Positions 19,298 through 25,791 of a stretch of DNA of 25,791 nt are shown piece by piece; the first letter of the stretch is position 1; each line of letters opens with the position of its first letter. The translations under genes were made by a program, and so were the position numbers. The stretch comes from Atribacterota bacterium (GTDB lineage: Bacteria; Atribacterota; Phoenicimicrobiia; Phoenicimicrobiales; Phoenicimicrobiaceae). The stretch covers positions 1-25,791 of the forward strand of contig JBBRDV010000016.1 of the NCBI GenBank assembly GCA_038203565.1, given 5' to 3'. The notes beneath the pieces are model-generated. The model was not told the DNA's origin. It saw only the letters and a program-made list of their open reading frames with translations, and searched no databases.

Positions 19298-20950
19298 TTA
19301 ACTAAAAAACATTTTTATATCATCATCAACCTTGCCAATTCCGGCGATATTAAATTTTTCCACTAAAACATTGGCAACATTAGGAGATAAAAAAGCAGGT
19401 AATGTTGGTCCTAAATGAATATTCTTAACGCCAAGATAGAGTAAAGCCAATAAAACAATCACCGCTTTTTGCTCATACCAGGCAATATTGTAAGAAATGG
19501 GAAGTTGATTGATATCATCCAGGCCAAATACTTCTTTTAATTTTAAAGCGATTACCGCCAGGGAATAAGAGTCGTTACATTGTCCGGCATCAAGCACCCT
19601 GGGAATACCGCCTATATCGCCCAAATTAAGTTTATTATAACGGTACTTAGCACAACCTGCTGTTAAAATAACCGTGTCCTTGGGTAATTTTTGGGCAAAT
19701 TCAGTGTAATAATCCCGGCTCTTCATCCTGCCGTCACAACCAGCCATCACAAAAAATCTTTTAATAGCTCCACTTTTGACTGCCTCTACCACCTTGTCGG
19801 CTAACGCAATCACTTGATGATGAGCAAATCCGCCTACAATTTTTCCTTTTTCAATTTCTTCGGGAGGAGAACATTTTTTTGCTAACTCAATGATCTCAAC
19901 AAAATCTTTTGCTTTTCCATTTTCTCTGTCCGGTACATGCCGCATACCTGGATATCCTGCTGACCCAGTTGTAAACACTTTATCTTTGTAGCTGTCCCGG
20001 GGAGGAATGATGCAGTTGGTGGTCATTAGTACGGGACCATTAAATTTTTCAAACTCTTCATTCTGTTTCCACCAGGAATTTCCATAATTTCCCACAAAAT
20101 GTTCGTACTTCTTAAAGGCGGGATAATAATTTGCCGGTAACATTTCTCCATGAGTATAAACATCAATCCCGGTCCCTTTGGTCTGTTCTAACAATTCTTC
20201 CATATCTTTCATGTCATGACCGCTGATTAATATTCCGGGATTATTCCTGGTCCCTATATTCACTTCAGTCACCTCAGGATTTCCATAAGTTTCAGTATTT
20301 GCTTTATCCAACAAAGCCATGGCATCCACGCCATACTTACCGCATTCCAATACCAGGGCAACTAAATCATCAACCGTTAAGCTATCATCGGTTGTCGCGG
20401 CTAAGCCCTTTTGAATAAAGGCGTCCAGGGATTCAGTCTCGTAACCTAAATTAAACGAATGTTCCGTGTAAGCTGCAATCCCCTTGATACCATAGATCAA
20501 CAGTTCCCTTAGTGAACGCAAATCCTCATTTTCAGTAGCAAGCACTGTAACTTCAGGTGAATTCACTTTCATTTCAAAATCTTCTTCTTTTTCTGCTTTC
20601 CAGGTAGCACATCCAGGTAAATTTTCGGGTATTATCCCTCCTGCATCTAGAAATTGTTTTTTAATTTCTTCTCTTAGTTTTAAACCTTCTTTTATCTTTT
20701 CCATAAAAACAGGATAATTAAAATTAACATTGGTAATAGTCATAAACATTGAATTAACAATAAATTGATTGACTTTTTTATTTTCTACTCCTAATTTTCG
20801 TGCTCCGGTACTATATACTGAAATGCCTTTAGCTAAATAAACCAGCAAATCCTGTACATTAGCGAGATTTGCACTTTTACCACAAACACCCCTGATGGTG
20901 CAGCCACTTCCTTTAGATGTCTCCTGACATTGATAACAAAACATATTCAT
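19298..20950 (-). CDS. hcp: Hydroxylamine reductase (hybrid cluster protein); start corrected to 20950
   Basis: MFCYQCQE...[57 protein letters not shown] precedes ATG 20950. Confidence 0.97.
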   Translation of the reverse strand: MNMFCYQCQETSKGSGCTIRGVCGKSANLANVQDLLVYLAKGISVYSTGARKLGVENKKVNQFIVNSMFMTITNVNFNYPVFMEKIKEGLKLREEIKKQFLDAGGIIPENLPGCATWKAEKEEDFEMKVNSPEVTVLATENEDLRSLRELLIYGIKGIAAYTEHSFNLGYETESLDAFIQKGLAATTDDSLTVDDLVALVLECGKYGVDAMALLDKANTETYGNPEVTEVNIGTRNNPGILISGHDMKDMEELLEQTKGTGIDVYTHGEMLPANYYPAFKKYEHFVGNYGNSWWKQNEEFEKFNGPVLMTTNCIIPPRDSYKDKVFTTGSAGYPGMRHVPDRENGKAKDFVEIIELAKKCSPPEEIEKGKIVGGFAHHQVIALADKVVEAVKSGAIKRFFVMAGCDGRMKSRDYYTEFAQKLPKDTVILTAGCAKYRYNKLNLGDIGGIPRVLDAGQCNDSYSLAVIALKLKEVFGLDDINQLPISYNIAWYEQKAVIVLLALLYLGVKNIHLGPTLPAFLSPNVANVLVEKFNIAGIGKVDDDIKMFFS

Positions 20951-20997
20951 CTTGATATTCCTCCTAAATTTATTAGTTATAAACGATTCTAAAAGCA

Positions 20998-21039
20998 ATA
21001 TTATCATAAGCATATGGTTTAATCCGTACCAAATGGTAC
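20998..21039 (-). promoter_or_regulatory. hcp promoter: extended -10 plus candidate HcpR box
   Basis: Minus strand TGaTAATAT (-10 at 21003-20998); palindrome GTACC-N4-GGTAC (21026-21039) centred at about -41.5. Confidence 0.6.
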
Positions 21040-21308
21040 CATTCATTCATTTTTTATGGAATATTTTTAGAATAGAGAACAAATCTTAATAATCAAAACA
21101 AACAGTTTAATTAAATTTTGGATGATTGATCATTAGTTTACCTTTTTGGAGCTTTCTCGGTGTATCCTTTTACAATATAGAAGACCAGGGGACGTCAGGC
21201 TTTTTACTAGAAAGAGAATTCCTTCCAAAAATTAAAACAATTTTAGTTATTTTTATTACCACCTTGCAACCTCAAGGAGTGTTATAAAGAACCCCCTGTC
21301 ACATTTAC

Positions 21309-21726
21309 AATGGAAGAGAGATTAAAATTAACCATATTGACTTAAAAATAGGGAAAATGTGGAAAACTTGTGGGAAAATACCTTCTTGAAAGCCTTATAT
21401 GATAAGGGTTTCAAGAGAATATTGCGAGGATTGCTTCTACGAGCAAATTTTGCCTTAACCTGTACTTTATCCCTCAAAAATGGCACTTTTTTTGCTAAAA
21501 TTCCATCATCACAAAATCTGAAAGTGGCAATTTATAAGGGTTTCGTAATTTGAGGGAGGTAAAAATAGGCTAAAAATAGGGGTCGTAATTGTTGATTTTT
21601 CGAAAATTGAAGTGCGTTTAAAGGCACTCTCCGTGCGTTTTTAGGGTATTCCTGAAGGGGGCCTGAAAGCCCTGTAAATAAAGGGTTTCAAAGGAGGTAA
21701 ATGGGAACGGAGAACCGTCCCCTGTT
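21309..21726 (+). repeat. Long dispersed non-coding repeat, copy 3
   Basis: 27-bp sites at 21387, 21519 and 21664; collinear with copies 1 and 2. Confidence 0.93.
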
Positions 21727-21812
21727 CTATTATTTAATTTGATTTTTGAAAGTTTTTCTTTTTTTTAGGAAAAAATCTTAAAAATGATATATTTTATATG
21801 AATATATATTTC

Positions 21813-23165
21813 TTATCCCATCATACCTCCACCACCCTTATCACGATAAGCGTAAGAATTTGTCCAGCTTGTTTGCCCTTTTATAGAAATAGATTTAGGT
21901 GGATTTAAAGCGATAAATATTTCTGCTTTTGACTGACAAACATCTTCAAATATACAAATTCCATTAAAAGTTTTTAATAGATTATCACCTCTTAAAAAAA
22001 TCTCTCCGTTATGACGTGGTAATTGTGATGAATTTAATTGACAAGGTAGCAATTTATACTTAGGTATTGCTTGTTTATTTATTCCTTTCTCGCCACATTC
22101 AGGACATTTTTTTAATCTTGCACCAAAATGGTAGAAGGTATGACCGTTTTCACATTCATACATTACTACATTTGGTTTACAATATTCTCTGCCAATCCGA
22201 TAAATTGAATAATCCATCTGGCAAGGAGATAAAGGAGCAGTAGTACTATCTAATTTTGTCCATTTTTCCCAAACTACTCTCCATGCTTTAGAACTCATTT
22301 CATCAATATAGCTATATTGATAACAAAATATATCTAAAAAACTAGAAAGCAATTGCATGTCGGTTTTCAAAATTCCGGTTCTTAAAGCTAATTTTATAGT
22401 ATTGATATCACTTGCAACATCGATTTTATCTAAATTATTCAACCCAGGCCAAATATTCCATTCGTACATATCTCTTAAATACATATTTGCTTTTTTAAAT
22501 CCATAACCGATATTAGAAGCATTTACTAATCCTTCCCTTACCCGTACAGCATCATTATTATAATATCGTGCTATTTCAAATGCCGTAATATTATTGTCTA
22601 ATAAAAATTTTGCAGCATTTTTAGCAAAATCAATACGTTTATCAGTTTGAGACAAACGAGTCATTCCTAAAAACTTTAAAAAACTCTCTGGGTCCTCTGC
22701 AATCTCTTGAGCTTTAAATCTATTAGGATCATCAAAATATTTGTCAAATTGATTTTCTGGTGGTTCTCGAAAATCCTGATTAGCTGTAAAAAATCTAACC
22801 TGCGCAACAGCTTCAGGTGATAAACCTTGAGGTTGATTTACTACTCCGAGTATATTATTGCCATACTGTTTTATTGCCTTTGATAAAGCCTCTGCAGCTA
22901 ATTGTGCTTTTTCACTATCAATTTTTACATTTAATATTTCCTTATGATTAGCTTCCCAAAATTTATGAAACTTAGAAAAGTATTGAATTTCTTGCCCATT
23001 AAAAGTAGTAGTTCCAATTTTTTCATACGTTTGGAAAAAATACTCATTTAATTTTTCTAAAAAACGTTGAGCAAGACAAACTTCAGACAAACTAGTCCAA
23101 GAAGCGGGTAATGATATGCCTATTTTTTGATTTATTTCCTTAATAAATTCTACAAAATTACCTAT
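21813..23165 (-). CDS. HhH-GPD/endonuclease III-superfamily glycosylase-like protein with Zn ribbon
   Basis: NIGYGFKKANMYLRDM (HhH-like), DVASDINTIKLALRTG (catalytic Asp region), MDYSIYRIGREYC, CENGH...CPEC, CIFEDVC. The frame is open upstream of the track start (23090) to an ATA at 23165 preceded by GAGAGG. Confidence 0.6.
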   Translation of the reverse strand: MGNFVEFIKEINQKIGISLPASWTSLSEVCLAQRFLEKLNEYFFQTYEKIGTTTFNGQEIQYFSKFHKFWEANHKEILNVKIDSEKAQLAAEALSKAIKQYGNNILGVVNQPQGLSPEAVAQVRFFTANQDFREPPENQFDKYFDDPNRFKAQEIAEDPESFLKFLGMTRLSQTDKRIDFAKNAAKFLLDNNITAFEIARYYNNDAVRVREGLVNASNIGYGFKKANMYLRDMYEWNIWPGLNNLDKIDVASDINTIKLALRTGILKTDMQLLSSFLDIFCYQYSYIDEMSSKAWRVVWEKWTKLDSTTAPLSPCQMDYSIYRIGREYCKPNVVMYECENGHTFYHFGARLKKCPECGEKGINKQAIPKYKLLPCQLNSSQLPRHNGEIFLRGDNLLKTFNGICIFEDVCQSKAEIFIALNPPKSISIKGQTSWTNSYAYRDKGGGGMMG

Positions 23166-23242
23166 CTTATTTACCTCTCTTCATTAACTTAAATATCAAG
23201 AATAAAGACCCCATTTTTTCCCTTTATGATAGTTAATTAGAG

Positions 23243-23850
23243 TTATGATTTTATAAATTTTTCTAAAAATCTTGGTCTTGCATAAAACGCTCTAGATGTA
23301 GTACCATGGCCTGCCCCTTTTGTCCTTGGTTGAATGTATAATCCCATTTTCCCAGTCAAAGAACCAAACCCTTTTTGTGGATCAAAAAGGGTTTGCCTAA
23401 CAAGATCATAATCAGCCTTTACTGCATTATATAACTCTCCCTGCAAATCAAATCCGACAACAGAATAAATATAACTAGGCTCGTCAATAGAACATCCAAC
23501 AATTCTCGCAATTACTACTGCCTTCCTAAGCTTTGCTAATAAATGGCTATCTCTAAATTCTTTTTGGTAAACGTTAACCGGATCGATCATTGTAATAGCC
23601 ATAGTTTCTTTGAATGTAAGTTTACCATTTTTTTTATATTTCAACGGAATTGATTTTAATTCCCATGAACCAAAATTAGGAGACTGCGCTGAATTTAACG
23701 GAAGTTCCAAATATCTTTCAAATACATGTCCTGCCCATCCCTTATTTACTCTACCATTACGATATATAGTAACCTTGTGTTCATGTGCTAATTCATGTAA
23801 CTCTTTTCCAACAAGTTTTTTTAATTTTTCAATAGCTTCTTTTCTTCCAT
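23243..23850 (-). pseudogene. MutH/Sau3AI-like (PD-(D/E)xK; MvaI/BcnI-like alternative) endonuclease with a 1-bp frameshift right after the start codon
   Basis: The open frame upstream of 23710 reads RKEAIEKLKKLVGKEL...NKGWAGHVFERYLELPLNSAQSPNFGSWELKS, with C-terminal QPRTKG...RAFY. The AAGGA-RBS ATG at 23850 gives 608 nt, one base short of in-frame. Confidence 0.75.
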
Positions 23851-23868
23851 TATTAAATTCCTTATAGA

Positions 23869-24729
23869 TTAAGGCAGCAATCCGTACTCGGACTTTTTTT
23901 CACTGACATGACGATACCCATCTTTAAATAAAGACGAATTTTTTTGGAAAAACTCATCTTTTAACCTAGGGATTGAATATTTATCTAAGTATTCCTTTTC
24001 TGAATCAACCCCAATAAATTTACGGTTGTGTCTTAATGCTGCAACTCCTGTTGTCGCACTTCCACAAAACGGGTCAAGTACAATATCGCCTTCATTGCTG
24101 CTAGCTAAGATAATACGTTCTAATAAGGCTTCTGGCTTTTGTGTTGGATGTTTACCGTATTTTTTTTCTCCATTTTTTGGAGTATTAATTGCCCAAATAC
24201 TCCTCATCTGTTTTTCTGGTTTTTTTATAAAATCCTCATTCCAAATGCCTTTTTTCATCGCCTGATAATGGAATGTATGCTTAGAATATTTATTTTTTCT
24301 CACCCAGAGTAAGGTTTCATGACTCGCTGTAAACATTCTACAAGAAAGATTAGGAGAAGCATTGGGTTTAAACCAACAAATATCATTAATAATGTGCCAA
24401 CCTTGTTTTTGAAGTGCAAAACCACACGAATAAATTGAATGATATGTCCCGGAAATCCATAATGAACCATTTGGTTTTAACACTCTTTTGCAAGCCTCGA
24501 TCCAGTTATAATAAAACTTAAAATCCTCTTCTATTCCTTTACTTTTATCCCATTTTCCCTTATTTACGCTAACTTGTTTACCGGCATAACAAGTAAACCC
24601 ACCATTTGATAAATTATATGGTGGATCGGCAAATATTAAATCTATACTTGCTTCGGGTAATTTACTTAATACTTCAATTACATCTCCTAAATACAATCTT
24701 ATTCCTATTTCTTTAAAATATGCTTCCAA
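23869..24729 (-). CDS. Beta-class N6-adenine/N4-cytosine DNA methyltransferase (DpnA-like)
   Basis: FADPPYNLSNGG...VSVNKGKWD, HPTQKP, LDPFCGSATTG; motif IV precedes motif I. Confidence 0.93.
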   Translation of the reverse strand: MEAYFKEIGIRLYLGDVIEVLSKLPEASIDLIFADPPYNLSNGGFTCYAGKQVSVNKGKWDKSKGIEEDFKFYYNWIEACKRVLKPNGSLWISGTYHSIYSCGFALQKQGWHIINDICWFKPNASPNLSCRMFTASHETLLWVRKNKYSKHTFHYQAMKKGIWNEDFIKKPEKQMRSIWAINTPKNGEKKYGKHPTQKPEALLERIILASSNEGDIVLDPFCGSATTGVAALRHNRKFIGVDSEKEYLDKYSIPRLKDEFFQKNSSLFKDGYRHVSEKKSEYGLLP

Positions 24730-24900
24730 TTTATGGCATCTCCAAATTGTTTATTTTATAATTTTAGTTCAATAAGTTCATCTGTGCGAATTACATCATA
24801 ATCATATCTTTTTTCAACTATACAACTTTCATTCTTTTATTAATCTTTATCAATTATACAAGTACCTGCTAAGCTAAGTAATTCAATAAAGAACAATAAA

Positions 24901-25027
24901 AGGGTCAGGTCTTGAAATATCACTTTTTTTCTTCTCGCTTAAATTTTTTAAATCTTCCTGTTCGCTGTACTATATTCATGCCAATATATTCTGCTATCTA
25001 TTTTGTTATATTGCAAGACCTGACCCT
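24901..25027. repeat. MITE-like palindromic element D (20-bp terminal IR, 1 mismatch)
   Basis: AGGGTCAGGTCTTGAAATAT (24901-24920) / ATATTGCAAGACCTGACCCT (25008-25027). Confidence 0.9.
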
Positions 25028-25060
25028 ATATGCCTCCGCTAAGATCATTTTATTCGAAAT

Positions 25061-25087
25061 TGCCTGCCCTCCTTTGGAGGGGAGGCA
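25061..25087. terminator. GC-rich hairpin downstream of the type III Res-like gene
   Basis: TGCCT-G-CCCTCC-TTT-GGAGGG-G-AGGCA; poor U-tract, so it may instead be a REP-like hairpin. Confidence 0.4.
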
Positions 25088-25140
25088 TTGCCAACATCAT
25101 TGGCTCACCGCCAAAAACTTTAAACTCGTCTTTACAATAA

Positions 25141-25791
25141 TTACAATTCCAGATCTGTCCAATTACCAAATTCACCTTTTTTAAATGTGACACTGCTTTC
25201 GGCAAAATAAACCCATCTGCCGTTGCTCGTTGCGTTGCCGGTATTAGCGACTAAGCCGCCAAATAATTTTTTATCTTTTTTATTCTCATTTTTAATATAT
25301 TTTTGTAGTCCGTCAGATTTAGCGCCAAAATCAGAAAATTGAGTACCGTGCGGATCAAATAAACCAATTCTTCCGTCTTTAAATTTAACTACAAAATCAA
25401 CATAAAATGGAGTTTTATCCTCATCATAGGAGACGGCAAAAAATGTTGCGTCTCTGTCACCATTTTTAAACCACCATTCAACCTTTCCCGAATTGTCCAA
25501 AAATTCCGTAAAGGATTTTTCCAGTTCGGATAAATATTTTACATAAAACGGTTTCATTACTGACTTATTTTTTGCTTCCTCGACATAGTCACTGCCAAAA
25601 GACAAAACTTCAGGGACATTCCAATTTTCTGACTTGGCGAGTTCGCCTTCCCTTATTTCGGTTTCATTTTTATACTCGATTTGTGCTTTATCTAAAACAT
25701 TCACAAAATGCTGTATATTATTTTCACCCAAAACTATTTTTACGATTTCTTCCCACTTTTCCGAATAGTCCATTTTCAACTCTTTTTCAAA
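25141..25791 (-). CDS. Type III restriction enzyme Res-like subunit, C-terminal nuclease domain (5' part outside the window)
   Basis: SELEKSFTEFLD...VEWWFKNG...FAVSY...FYVDFVV...GLFDPHG; the frame is open to the window edge. Confidence 0.75.
   Translation of the reverse strand, partial: FEKELKMDYSEKWEEIVKIVLGENNIQHFVNVLDKAQIEYKNETEIREGELAKSENWNVPEVLSFGSDYVEEAKNKSVMKPFYVKYLSELEKSFTEFLDNSGKVEWWFKNGDRDATFFAVSYDEDKTPFYVDFVVKFKDGRIGLFDPHGTQFSDFGAKSDGLQKYIKNENKKDKKLFGGLVANTGNATSNGRWVYFAESSVTFKKGEFGNWTDLEL

Noticed and set aside
20951..21046. N-terminal extension of hcp in the ORF track
   Set aside because: The AGGAGG RBS and family start (MFCYQC) point to 20950; the extension covers the promoter.
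7964..21726. CRISPR array or leader interpretation of the repeats
   Set aside because: No short direct repeats with unique spacers next to any copy and no cas genes; an orphan leader cannot be supported from this window.
1690..24265. Short antisense or overlapping ORFs in the track (e.g. 1690-1911, 2692-2910, 12193-12474, 15009-15299, 23610-23867, 24026-24265)
   Set aside because: They are shadows of well-supported genes on the opposite strand or in another frame.
24912..25184. 90-aa plus-strand ORF
   Set aside because: It is a translation of MITE D and a hairpin; the frame shows no protein-like features.

Overview
AT-rich bacterial chromosome window, probably from an anaerobe (it carries hcp). 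The left end is housekeeping: a his operon on the minus strand (hisZ-hisG-hisD-HAD hydrolase, with a canonical sigma70 promoter and a HisR-like operator), divergent from a SWIM-SNF2 helicase gene. From about 7.8 kb onward it is an accessory, decaying region. It holds a SnoaL/SDR/phytoene-desaturase-like/GT2/PlsY-like/DUF2141 cluster, small genes, mntP, a Crp/Fnr regulator with hcp, and a defence island (type III Res C-terminus, DpnA-like MTase, frameshifted MutH/Sau3AI-like nuclease, and an unusual HhH-GPD glycosylase-like protein with an inserted Zn ribbon). The most striking non-coding features are: (i) three direct copies of a ~390-bp, indel-free, non-coding element with three regularly spaced 27-bp palindromic sites and DnaA-box-like motifs; (ii) a family of GGGGTCAGG...CCTGACCCC palindromic (REP/MITE-like) elements; and (iii) many gene fragments and chimeras whose breakpoints often sit at such repeat remnants. 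All product calls come from reading motifs by eye; no database search was run.
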